A stretch of DNA of 55,460 bases, counting the filler, from Sphacelaria rigidula (lineage: Eukaryota), in the NCBI GenBank assembly GCA_964200075.2. It is 5 parts of 5 records of this genome, joined end to end, with 100 filler letters (N's around TTAATTAATTAA, not from the genome) between each part and the next. Parts side by side here need not be neighbours in the genome. Positions count along the whole stretch, not along the records: positions 1 to 11,012 come from CAXNAA020005535.1; 4 more parts are not named here. One strand, written 5' to 3'. Position numbers and translations under genes: made by a program. The number at the start of each line of letters is the position of its first letter. Positions within the stretch are counted from its first letter, which is position 1. The notes under the pieces were generated by a model. It worked only from the letters and a program-made list of their open reading frames with translations, ran no database searches and was not told where the DNA came from. Positions 1 to 11,112 of this stretch are shown in pieces.

Positions 1-1515
1 CCGGAGTTATAACTTGACTCAGAACCACCACCGGTACCTGCAGGGCTCCCCCCCTCAGATGGAGCAGGTCTTTCTCCCCCAGGGTCGTCTCCCCCAGGGG
101 GATCACCCGATGCATTGTCGGTTGGTGCTGTCTCAGAAGACGCTGAGTTGGTGTGGATGATACCAGCATCGCGGTTGGTTATCGCCTGAATTTGTTCAAA
201 CAAATTGCGAACTGAAGGGTCGCGTACCTCTTGGTCAGCAGCAGGTGACGTGCTCAGGTCGATGTTGGACGAATAGTTCCGGACATCCCGTACCATGTCA
301 TCGACGTCGTCGTACGTGAATTCTCCCTCTTCAAGACCGTTCGCCAAGTCAGGCTCAGGCATGGCGGAAGGAGTCTCGATGAAGATCACGTTCCTGCTTT
401 CCCTTACAGTCCCTGTCGCTGAGTTGTCAACCCGGTACAACATGCTATCTATGCTGAAACCTACGAGCCTTCCTTCTCAGGCACATTGGTCCAGCTTCCT
501 GCCGCGTGTCTCCACGTGCACGAACGCCCTTGCCCCGATCGCTCGAAGATGCCCGAGGTTCGCGTCCTTGCCGTAGAGGCGTTTGTACGGCGTTTCGTTG
601 TTCAATGCTGCGTGTGGAGTCCGATTGCTGAGGTATGCAGCCGTCAGCATCAGCTCCCCCCACAGTTTGTTGGGAAGACCTGAATCCGCGAGCAAGCAGC
701 GCACTATCCCCACAAGCGTCCTTCCTGCCCGCTCGTTGTCTCCAATTTGCTGCGGCGTGTTAGTGGAAGCAAACTCTAGCTTGATGCCGACCTCTCGACA
801 GTACTGACGGAACTCAGCACTCGTGAACTCCGAACCTTTGTCCGCTTTAACACGTTCCAAGCGATATCCGGAGGGAATAACAAGCCCCGTGTTAAGGAGC
901 TTGAGAGATTCCGTTGTTGGTGTTTTGTCTTTCAGGAGAAAAATCTCCTTCCATTTTGTGACCTGGTCGACAAACTTTGCGACCATGCGGAACCCACTAA
1001 TTGCAGTAGGGGAGATGGGACCAATGAGGTCCGCGGTTACTGACTGGAAAGGATACTGTGCATCATGCGTCGCCGCCTCAGGATGAGCCTGCTGCTGACT
1101 CTTACCGACGGCGCAGACACCACAATCATCCACGTCGCCGTTGTACTCGACCCCATTGCCCAGTTGCTTCCGGAGAACATCTAAGCTCCTGCGGTTGACG
1201 TGTCCCACGCGCCGCTGCCACAGCTCCGCAGAAGCAGCCCGCAGTGCAAGAGCACTGGAACCGCCTCCGGAACCGTTGCCAAGCTCCAAAGCGAAAGTGC
1301 ATAGCAGCGTCTCGGTCTCCTCGTCCGCGCCAACCACGTTCATCGGCAGAGTCACTACTCCGTTGTCTACGTCACTGTATTCCAACCTGGGCTTGGCAGG
1401 ATGAAACAACGTAGCTATCCCCTGCTGCCATGCAGTGCAGACGAGAAAAGGTTAGATCCTAGCCCTGGAACAAGAACAGCGTGAAAGGAGAACGGCTGTT
1501 TGTGACCGCCGTCAG
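1..1515 (-). mobile_element. Ty1/Copia LTR retrotransposon pol fragment (end of protease, GAG-pre-integrase, rve integrase, SH3-like region); decayed
   Basis: ORF 477-1409 has LWQRRVGHVN...CGVCAVGK (zinc-binding HHCC region), ADLIGPI, ADKGSEF, TPQQIGDNERAGRTL and LWGELMLTAAYLSNRTP, then GARAFVH and RGRKLD. The frame continues past an in-frame TGA at 477-479 as EGRLVGFS...YRV...VRESRNVIFIE. VLVPGLGSNLFS lies upstream near 1440-1490 in a shifted frame. Confidence 0.93.
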
Positions 1516-2240
1516 GTTCATCTGCCAGGGTCGAAGCAAAAACGATCTCCCCGAGCATATGATGGTGGTGGACATTCTCTGTGTCACGTGTCAGATCACC
1601 TTATTTTCATCTGCCAGAGTCAGATAAACGAAGATGTCCCCGAACGAGTGCTGGTGCTGAATAACGATTGTCATGTGTAATCTCTGTGCCTGGAATATTT
1701 TCCCCCTTCTACGATATGAGTAAATATGATGTCCTCGAGCAAGTGCCCGTGAGTAACGACGAGTATCATGGGTAAGGTCTCTCGCTATTTGTTTTTCATC
1801 TGCCAGGGTGGAAAACATACGCTCCCGGACAAGTGCTGGTGATGGGAAACGAGTATAACGTGTAGTCCCTGGATCACACCGATTCATTTGCCACGGGCGA
1901 ACCAAAAACGATCTCCACGAGAAAGTAACTGATGGTGGTGGATATCCTCTGTGTCGTTTGTAAATGACTGGGTCACATTCGCTCATTTGCCGGGGTCGAA
2001 GTAGACACGGCGTTCCCAAACCAGTGCCGATGATTTACCACCATTACCACATGATAAATCACTAGGTAATATAGTTTCATCTTCCAGGGTCGAGTGATAG
2101 ACGGTGTTTCCGAAGGACAGCCGGTGGTTCACGACGATTATCATATGATGACCGGATACAATAACAGTGGTCATGTTCCTGTCATCTGCCAGGCGCTCAC
2201 TGAATATGGCGGTCATACAGGATTGCTGATGGTGGATCAA
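1516..2240. repeat. Degenerate tandem array with ~90-100 bp period and core TCATCTGCCAGGGTCGA
   Basis: The core recurs at about 1518, 1607, 1797, 1884, 1983, 2077 and 2182. It is often followed by a GTGCTGGTG or GATGGTGGTGGA motif. Confidence 0.75.
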
Positions 2241-3277
2241 GATCGAAACCTGTCAAACGCGGGGAAATGGGCATGTTTATAGACGTGTTGAAGTGTCACG
2301 ACAAACTCGACAATACTTCCAAAAAGGGTACAACGAACCGAGAACGATAACCGCATCGTCCACTCAATCACAGGCACGACGTGACCACCCACCCTACTTT
2401 CCACCCACAGCAAGCGCACTCCACGGCATCACCGCCCCCGCCCGAAGAACACACCGGCAGCGATAGAGGGCACTCCCTCCCAGCGGAGTTCCCCCCCCGC
2501 CCCTGCAACGCGCCTTATGGAGCCTTCCCCTGCTCAAGTACCGCACGCAAGGAGACTACATCAACCCTGCCACAGCGGTCAGACACTCGCATCGAGGGAA
2601 AGTTGCAAAAGCACCGTTCACAGACCCAGCTGTCAAATGCGCAGACCGTGGCAGCCCCTCCCTCTCTGTGGTGCATACTATGTCGTACGATCCTGGTCAG
2701 GGTTTCCTCGTAAATGGCTCGTAGAGAGTAAGTCGAGACCTCTAGCTTCATGTTGGATAGTGTACGCACGTGCAAAGGCAGGAGGGAAATGTCTTGCTCG
2801 TGGGGGCTAAGATATACGACGCTAGTCTCGAGGCTTTGAGACAACCCAGCGTACTTTCGCCTGCAGTCGGCGTCATGGTTCTTCTCGTGCGGATCATCGA
2901 GCCCGACGCACGCCCCGCTCGAGCAACCCGTGTGGGGGTGGGGGCGACGTCGGCCATTGGAGATGTGCTTGTGGCCATCGTTGGCCGTGTCGTGGAATTT
3001 TATTCCGTAGCCTGCGACCTTGAAGTCCTGCCCGGCGCTGTCATGCGGAAAACCGTTCGGGGCCAGCGCTATTTGTAGAGACTTGACTGAGGCAATATTT
3101 CGGCTGAAGCCGATACCACTGCGTACGGCGCGCTCTGGAATATGGCGAAGGACGAGCACGGACGAGTAGATGACGGTCGAACCCACAGGCAAAATTGCAT
3201 ACGTCGGACGAGCGCGAGTGTGACTCGTGGCACTCGCGCTAGTTGGGCTGCTCGTTGGCCATAAAAATTCATAGAGC

Positions 3278-3532
3278 GAGCACTCGAGTCATTGCTCGTT
3301 GTGGAAAGAAATAATAGGGCGAGCACTCGAGCCATTGCTCGTTGTGGGAATAAACTAATGGGGGGAGCACTCGAGTCATTGCTCGTTGTGGAAAAAGCTA
3401 ATAGGGCGAGCACTCGAGCCATTGCTCGTTGTGGAAAAATGCTAATAGGGCGAGCACTCGAGTCATTGCTCGTTGTGGAAAAAAGCTAATAGGGCGAGCA
3501 CTCGAGTCATTGCTCGTTGTGGAAAAAACTAA
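3278..3532. repeat. Tandem 43-44 bp repeat (GAGCACTCGAGTCATTGCTCGTTGTGGAAAAAAGCTAATAGGGC), about 6 units; resumes at about 4590-4790
   Basis: Unit starts at 3278, 3321, 3365, 3408, 3452 and 3496. Each unit contains a CGAGCA...TGCTCG hairpin. Confidence 0.92.
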
Positions 3533-4581
3533 CCCCTTTGAGACCGGGCCCCCAGAACGACCAATGAGGCTGGTTAGGAATAGCGCGTCTGACGTCTGCC
3601 CGAAACAATGGCATGTTGCTGAAAATCCCCGTATGTAACCGCAGGGTTATGAGGAAGACCGAAAGTTTCATTCCACCATCTATTTTCTGGTGCAGGGTGC
3701 GTCTTAGGTAATGTACAACTGATGTAGCAAGCAGTATCGGTCGCGGCAGAGAGCTTTGAACAGGATGCGGCGACCGGCGGGCCGCCCGCCACTTGTGGCC
3801 TTGGATGATAATAATGTCCCCATCACCTTGCCACACAGCCCCTTGTGGTCGGGATGGCCCGCCATTTCCCTCTTTTGTTGCATGCGACAAATTCTCTTCG
3901 AAGGGTATGGGCGTTGCGGCGCACATACATACAGTGCAGTAAGTGCAGTACGCCTCTCCGAGTGCAGCAGCAGCTGCCGCTGCATACTCCCTTGCACGTT
4001 CTGGGCAGTTCTCAGCGACGGAGATCAGCTGCCTATACACAGCTTGTTCAGCCCCGCCCACTTCATACATGCTCACACTGTTCTGCAAGTCATCGGCAGA
4101 GGGATGAGCAGCATTCACCACGGCAGCTCCTTTTGTCTTTCCACGACCCACCTGGGTTTAGTGCCTCGCGAAAATGACCAAATCGTGGCATGTACACTCC
4201 TTCCCGGTTTTCCCACTCCACCACCGTGTTAGTGTAATTTCTATTATACTAATACGCTTCAGCATAGGCTGGCGACCCAAAAAGACTCGTGGGAAACCCC
4301 GGGAACGCCATATACTGAATGCAAGTAATACGATAAGTCATGCTCCGAGCACCCTGGCTTTAGAAACGTGGGAAGGCTCATCTAGGCCAGGGATAGGGTC
4401 CCCACACTATCTTTGCAGTGACATCACACTCGGCAACAGTCCCCGCGCTGGTAGGTCGGGTCTGGTAGATGAATTTCGCCTCGCCGTGATTGGGCAGATC
4501 GCTCCCTGACATATTTTTTAAGTATTTCACTAAGACATGGTCAACCTCGTGTTAGTGGGGGGTCGGTCCCCTGCAAAAGGG
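3533..4581. mobile_element. Insertion with piggyBac-like termini nested in the repeat array
   Basis: The array breaks at CTAA|CCCCTTTG (3533) and resumes after CAAAAGGG|TTGA (4581). The ends are imperfect inverted repeats and the flanks are TTAA-like. Confidence 0.55.
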
Positions 4582-5174
4582 TTGATAGAGAGAGCACTCG
4601 AGTCATTGCTCGTTGTGGAAAAAAATAACAGGGCGAGCACTCGAGTCATTGCTCGTTGTGGAAAACAATTAATAGGGCGAGCACTCAAGTCATTGCCCGC
4701 TGTGAAAAAAAGTAATGACTTGAGCACACAAGTCATCGCTCGTTGTAAGGAAAAGGAATGACTCGAGCACACGAGTCATGCTCGTTGTGTTCTTTAAAAA
4801 CATCCACGAGTGCACTCGTTTCGACGAGTAATGACTCGTCCGACGTGTGCAAAATTGCCCGTTAGTGCTTTTCGCGCTTTTCGATGCATGATTGTGAAGC
4901 AGGGTAGTATACGGACTACCTCGTGTGGGCTACACCGGGAAACTGGGGTACATTGGCTCACACATTGGGAAATTTCAGCGTGCGCGTGTGGCAGTGGATA
5001 TGAAGAATCTATGACTGCAGGACCTTATGCTACGAGCACTCACGTGGGACTGGTTCACCGACTCTCATCTGTTCTGCCGGGCCAGCAGGGAGCAGGCCTT
5101 CCACGACGAACCAAACCTCGGCCTGCGCGACGCATAGTGAAATATAGCTCACGCTTGAAAATCTTGACGAACAG

Positions 5175-5599
5175 AGACTAAGTAAGTAGCTCGTGGTGAA
5201 AAAAATAAACGACTAGAGCTCACTAGGCATCTCTCGTGGTGAAAACAATAGATTGATCGAGCACACGAGTCAGTGCTCGTGGTTCAAAAATTGAATAGCT
5301 CGATCACTCAACTCCTTATTCGCGCGGAAAACAATAGGTCGATCGAGCACACGAGTCAGTGCACGTGGTTCAAAAAACGAATAGCTCGAGCACCCGAGTC
5401 ATTGCTCGCGGGGAAAACAATATATGAGTCGAGCACACGAGTCATTGATCGTGGTTGAAAACAATAAATGACTCGAGCACTCGAGTCGTTGCTCGTGGTG
5501 GGAAATTAAGTGACTCGAGCGAACGAGTCATGCTCGGTGTTCTAAAAAGACACTCACAAGTGCACTCGTTTTGACGGGTGGTGATCCCTCCGACGTGTG
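5175..5599. mobile_element. Second, more diverged copy of the hAT-type repeat-array element (right end intact)
   Basis: About 9 diverged GAGCAC(A/T)CGAGTCA.TGCTCG units end in GTGCACTCGTTTTGACG...TCCGACGTGTG, matching 4810-4849. Confidence 0.8.
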
Positions 5600-6756
5600 A
5601 TATATCTGAACAGAACATACACGGTTTCGGTCGTCAGATTTAGTATTTTTTTAACTCAGCACCTTCGTTACTCGTTCCATCCTACCATGACATGCCATGA
5701 TGGGATCGTCTCTGGCCACAGCTCCCTCACCTCTGCGTACGAATACAACCCGTCTGTTACTCCCACGAACGGTCGACAAGTTGCCTGGTCCACCATCAAC
5801 TCGGTCATTTCTCCAAGCGACGGTAGAGAGGGTGGGGTACCTTCTCGAGACCCCGATATCAAAAGAAGTAGGGCCAGAAGAAAAAGTAGCACACTCTCGC
5901 GATTCCAAATGCTGTCGTGCTGCCGTATTATCGCCAGTTGTGCAATCCAGATTCAGTGCAACCTTGCAGACACGAGGGGCTGGAGTATTCTGGAGCCTGA
6001 AACTAAAAGCAATTATATGTGTGAAGAATGGCAAGGATAAAAACCTATGTCAGACACAGAATAATAATAACAACAAATGATAACCCATTCTTACATAAAA
6101 CAAAAATGAGACAACTCGAGGCTGGTCCAGCTCAGAAACGAGTTGAGGCTCTCAAAAAGATATCTCATCGATACAGACGAGTTGGCCCCTGACCCGCATA
6201 TCGTTTTCGTCGTCTGACTAAGGGGAAGGTGCCCTTCGGCTCAAAAGTCTGGGCCATGTTTTTTTCGTTGATCAAACCCCATATCTAGTAATTCCTATAC
6301 CGTACGGATATAGCGTCCATACTCAAGTCTATATGAAACCTCGGACGGTGTGTACAGAGGATGACGATTTTTGGTGTGGACATTCCCTGGAGCACGAGGA
6401 AACGAGCAGATACACTAAATACACTTCATGTGGGTATCGCGTCTCAGTGTTCGAGAGTTTTGCTTTCAAATTTCGTATGAAGCACTGCTGGTGCATCATT
6501 AAAAAGAAAAACAGCGTTATTCAGTTTTCATTTTTCTTTCTCGTTTTTTCAGTAGAGTTTTGAGGGAAAATGAACATCGCTCTTGGACAATACCTCAGTT
6601 TTCAAGCTCAATTTCTCCAATCGTGATTTGAAACTGAGCATGGAGAATCAATCACAAAGGCACGCTGAAGGGAGAAAAAGAAATGGGCCTTGCTTTGTTA
6701 TTGAGAGAAATAGAGAAAGAGTAGGGTGTTCTCGTGAAAAAGTGGTATTTACCGTA

Positions 6757-7220
6757 CTGATTGATTGATTGATTACCCCACATTGGTTGATTGCAACAAT
6801 CCAGCCCGTGGTCAGGAGCAGCAAAAATAGAACAGAATAATGAAATAAAATAAAATAGGATAAAGAAAGGAAGGAACAGAAAATGACAGAAGCAACGGCC
6901 TCAGAAAGGATAGAAAGGGGGTAGCGATATCAACAAAAAATAACACCACCACCACCAACAACAACAAACAACAACAAAAACAAACAATAATAGCAATAAC
7001 AACAAAATAACGACAAACACAATCACAAACACAATCACAAGCATGAACAACAACAAGAAGATGACCGCGCATTACGTAGCTGATTGCAACACTCCAGCTC
7101 GTGATCAGAAACAAAAAGGAGAGACATGAAGAAAATGAAAGAAAAATAAATGAAAGAAAAAATAAAATAAAAATAAAATAAAAATAAAATAATAGAACGT
7201 AAAAAAAGGAATACAATAGA
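6757..7220 (-). repeat. Low-complexity purine/A-rich tract with a retroelement 3' end (GACCACGGGCTGGA...(CAAT)n tail on the minus strand)
   Basis: (GATT)n at about 6760, CCAGCCCGTGGTC at about 6801, then (CAA)n and (AAAAT)n runs. Confidence 0.6.
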
Positions 7221-7448
7221 CGAGAAGACAGAGCCAGGCTTGTTCCGGCGGCGGGGGAGGGGGGGCGGGGGGGAGGGGTGTACTCATGATCATGCATGCC
7301 ATAGTCATAGGACCATTGACCTCGCAGGGGGGTGTACTCAGCACAGACGAAACAAAAACAGACAAAAAAAGGAAGAAACCACCAGGAACAAAAGCTGAAT
7401 AACGCAGAAACGGGGACCGAATACAATGCTCTGCGTATCTGGCGTACG

Positions 7449-8065
7449 CTATGATGAGTTGCTGTTGATACTATCGGTCCCCGGTGCTGTCGGTGCATCT
7501 TCGCCTGCAGCTTTCGCGTGCCGTATCGCTACATCTGCGTCATCCTTTTGGCACCAGTCCGCCATAAACCTTTCTGCTCCCTGTTCAACACAGTTGTGCC
7601 ACTCTACTGCATTCAAGGCTCTGGTAGTCCACCCCTGCCATTCGATATCGAACGCCTTCATGTCTTCCGCTATGCAGCGGATCCAGTCCTTGTGCCTGCC
7701 GTGAAACTCTCTTTCTTGCCCCTTCACGGCTATAATTTCACCGAACATGACGTGTTTCGGCATCCGTCCGGGTGACATGCGCGTGACGGAACCGGCAAAA
7801 TGGAGTCTCCTCTTCCTCACCGTCGTCTCGATGCTTTCGCACCCTGTCCTCGCGAGGGTCTCTCGGTATGACAGAACGTGGTCTGTGCGATTGCGCTTGT
7901 GCCATCCAAGACAGCGCCTGAGCAACGCATGGTGGGCCGTACGCAGTGTACTGTAGTGGCCGTTGGTTCAGAGGGTTCCATGTGACGCACCCGTACATAA
8001 GTGCTCGACAGCCTCGGCTTTGATCATGCGGACCTAGAGGTGGACGGCCGCGTTCGGTCGATTGT
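7449..8065 (-). mobile_element. Non-LTR retrotransposon (RTE-like LINE) reverse transcriptase C-terminal fragment, frameshifted
   Basis: VRMIKAE and YGCVTW, then LRRCLGW...SYRETLARTGCESIETTVRKRRLHFAGSVTRM...RMPKHVMFGE...KDWIRCIAEDMKAF. These are the typical motifs following the RT core in RTE-clade LINEs. Confidence 0.88.
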
Positions 8066-8237
8066 ACGTACTAAAACGTCCTAAATCATTACAAGAACAT
8101 TAACCTGGACCACTTTTTTTGTTCGACTATGCCCTCGCGAGATCCTGCACGAAGTTCCAATACACAAGTACCAAACCTGGGGCGGTAAGTGGCCCGCAAA
8201 ATACTGTTCCTGGTTTAGACCGGCCCGGTTTTCAAAC

Positions 8238-8504
8238 GGCTCATTTGCAGCTCATTTTTTAGAGTTGGACCTCATAACTTTGTATGGACAACCAATAAGC
8301 TTTCATAAAACGGAACGTACGCATGGACTCAAAGCTGTTCCTTTTTTCGGGCAATAGTCAGGTGTCAGGTTTCAGTAAAATTCCGTTGACACATGAAGAG
8401 CAAAAGGCTTTGGGTCCATGCATACGTGTTTCTATATTATGGCCCTTCATTGTTCGTACCAAGCTTTAAGGTCCAACCCCGAGAATTAAGCTGAAAGTGT
8501 GCCC
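8238..8504. mobile_element. Degenerate foldback/MITE
   Basis: GAGTTGGACCTCATAACTTTGTATGGACAA pairs with TTGTTCGTACCAAGCTTTAAGGTCCAACCC. ACGTACGCATGGACTCAAAGC pairs with GCTTTGGGTCCATGCATACGT. Confidence 0.65.
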
Positions 8505-9549
8505 GCAAACTACAACTCCGCTTCTAGCCAACCTAGCAAAGATCGACCACTATTTACTCTTCAAATCGATTACAATCGGAGCATAATATCCACGAAGTGA
8601 GCACTGCTTTTGGTAAGATCACGAGCATAAAAATACGATTACACGAGGATGATTGGGAGAACCCTACATCGCGCGGTGACATGAGGACTTTCATTGATCC
8701 AGAAGTAATAATGTCAACAAACGCCTGGCCTACCAAACGCTACCTTCCATGCTGAAAACACATAATGTCACACCGCCGACCAATTCTTCCCACCGCTGCC
8801 CTGCCCGGGTCAGACATTTGGTAGTGACCAAACCTGCCGGCGTGAACGATCCCTTGCATATCCTGCATCGCTCCTGCAATGCGGTGAACTTCGATTGATA
8901 TATTTTTCTGCTGTACGTAGGCAGCCCGGCTGGTTTCCGTTGTGGAAACTGGACTGCCGCCATAAGGTTGAGGGAGTCCCGATTATTTTTCCGGAATGTT
9001 TGCGGCCGCTCCTGCAGAACAACTATGACTAATCGCCTCCCCACGTGTGCACACGACCTATGTGCAACTAAACGTTGGCTTCGATTCTGCAATTTTCATT
9101 ACCACGATCGTTTTCAGAGTTTTTGGTACGTAGGTTGTATCCATCGTCCTCTCCTTCGGCCATATATTCTACTTAGAGATTAGGCTTAACCTCACACCGA
9201 TACATTGCACACATGTATTCACTCGGAAACACTCACACGCCGAAACACGGGGATCAGCGATGCGGGAGGAAATTGCACTTGACCAATGACGGATCCACCT
9301 TTGACATTCGATCAACTGGCGGATGCTCTTGTCGCGTCGAGAGAACTCGACGTAAGATTACGGTGATAGTTATCATAGCAACGGCTGCAAGCCCATCGCC
9401 CGCACTTGTCGTTGCAAAGGCATAATTTCCTCCGTGTTTCCATCACGAATACTACCGAGTTGTCCTCACGGTGGTATTTAGAGCAGTGTATATTCAAAGC
9501 TGCTGCTTCACTGCGCATGCCTTGACCACCTCTACCTGGGATGCGCCGC

Positions 9550-10050
9550 GCAGCAGTCGCTCGACCACCTCCCGTCGGCGCTCGTCCGAATGAGTCTCCG
9601 TCATCTGCAAGCGGCGCCTGCCCAACAATCCCTTTTTGGCTGCCTCCCGCCGGCGCTCGACCGAGCGAGTCTCTCCCACCTGCCAGCGGAGCCTGCCCAC
9701 TCACACCTCGACCCGTCAGCGGGATCTACACGCCGGCCGGCTCCCGCCGGCGCTCGGCCACCCCCCGCGAATGCTCGACCGAACGAGTCCCTCCCAACTA
9801 TTCCCAGTGCCCGCCCACGTCCTTCTCGGCCACCTCCCGCTTGCGCTCGACCGCGCCCCGCCGACGCTCGACCGAACGGCTCTTTGCTAATTATCACCGG
9901 CGTCTGCCCAACCACACCTCGGTCGCGTCCCGCCAGCCCTGGCCCGAATGAATCTACACCGCCTGCCAACCGGCGCCGACCTGACACCTACTCGAGCGCC
10001 TCCTACAGATGGTCGCCAGAACGAGTCTCCACCGTCTGCGCCGACGACAC
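9550..10050. repeat. GC-rich imperfect tandem repeat with core GCTCGACCGAACGAGTCTCC
   Basis: The core recurs about 8 times (near 9560, 9580, 9656, 9773, 9845, 9865, 9943 and 10015). This explains the overlapping Pro/Arg/Gly-rich ORFs. Confidence 0.8.
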
Positions 10051-10494
10051 GTCAACATAATATACACATCGAAAGGATAATATTTGCACTGTCTCTAATA
10101 CAAAGTACTGGTATCATATTGGAGCATATTGTATTGTCCAGGGTATAAGCAACACAGCATCAGTGATCACAGGGGTACCAAAAGGCGCATATCGATCCGC
10201 GTTCTCTGCATCGTGTTACTTAGCCAAGATATATTACATGCTGGAAATGGGATGAGCGACCCCGCACCGGTGGCCATTTAGGTATCGAACGGCATATGTA
10301 CCGGGTCGCCTTTCCTGTCACCATATTTTCTGGCCAATATATATATATACTTCGAAGTATATTTCAATCGCATTCGACAACTCTCCGTAGCAATACACGC
10401 GAACTTCTGAGGCTATCTTCGAAACTATTCCCAATCTGCACGGGCTCCGGCATTCATCGCGTCTGGATCTTTCTCAAAGCGTACACCATACTTA

Positions 10495-10670
10495 AAACAC
10501 CCAATATATATATATATATATTTACCGGCCAATACATGGGCACCCACGCGGCCCCAATATATATGTTGACCGGTCAATATGTTTTTACCAATGTGACCCT
10601 AATATATATAAATATATTGGTCGTGCAATATGTCGTCACCCACACTGCCTCAATATATATATATCGAGGG
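10495..10670. repeat. Imperfect ~45 bp tandem repeat with (AT)n core (CCAATATATAT...ACCGGCCAATA)
   Basis: About four consecutive units are visible. Confidence 0.65.
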
Positions 10671-11012
10671 AAATGTACCAATTAAGATACAGAGACAATT
10701 AAGATACAAGTTTTCTAATCGTTCATACCTCCGCGACATATTAACCGTTTTCCGTTCTGTTTTTTTCTGCGTGTGCACAAGAGCACAGCGCTTTGTTTGA
10801 GCTATTGTATGTGTCTCAAGCATCCGATTATATAGTCTTACAGCACTGCCAGTAAGCGCGTATGTGTCATCCTCCAAAATCAGCTTTTTGGTCGATCGGC
10901 TGCTAAGCATGCAGAGAGCAGAACGTGCAGCACAGGCCGTATAAGCGGTACACAGCGGTCGTCCTAGCTTCCGTGCTGCAGCTACGACCTTTGACATCTC
11001 CGTCGGTGCACT

Positions 11013-11112
11013 NNNNNNNNNNNNNNNNNNNNNNNNNNNNNNNNNNNNNNNNNNNNTTAATTAATTAANNNNNNNNNNNNNNNNNNNNNNNNNNNNNNNN
11101 NNNNNNNNNNNN
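11013..11112. other. Artificial 100-nt linker (N run with TTAATTAATTAA); identical linkers at 22125-22224, 33237-33336 and 44349-44448
   Basis: All four have the same structure and are spaced exactly 11,112 nt apart. Confidence 0.97.

Larger units (their letters stand above)
3198..4849. mobile_element. Non-autonomous hAT-type DNA transposon with internal 43-44 bp tandem repeats
   Basis: TIRs are CATACGTCGGACGAG (3198) and CTCGTCCGACGTGTG (ends 4849). A perfect 8-bp direct repeat CAAAATTG flanks it at 3190-3197 and 4850-4857; an 8-bp TSD is typical of hAT. Confidence 0.8.

Noticed and set aside
3278..5560. CRISPR array
   Set aside because: The sequences between palindromic cores are short variants of one A-rich linker, not unique spacers. 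There are no cas genes, the context is eukaryotic, and the array lies inside TIRs with a TSD.
5668..5892. Signal-peptide-like ORF or isolated exon
   Set aside because: No ATG start, no recognisable family and no partner exons.
6812..7498. 228-aa hydrophobic ORF, and similar ORFs at 25386-25995, 47477-47947 and 49503-50119
   Set aside because: These are translations of T-rich low-complexity tracts, not membrane proteins.
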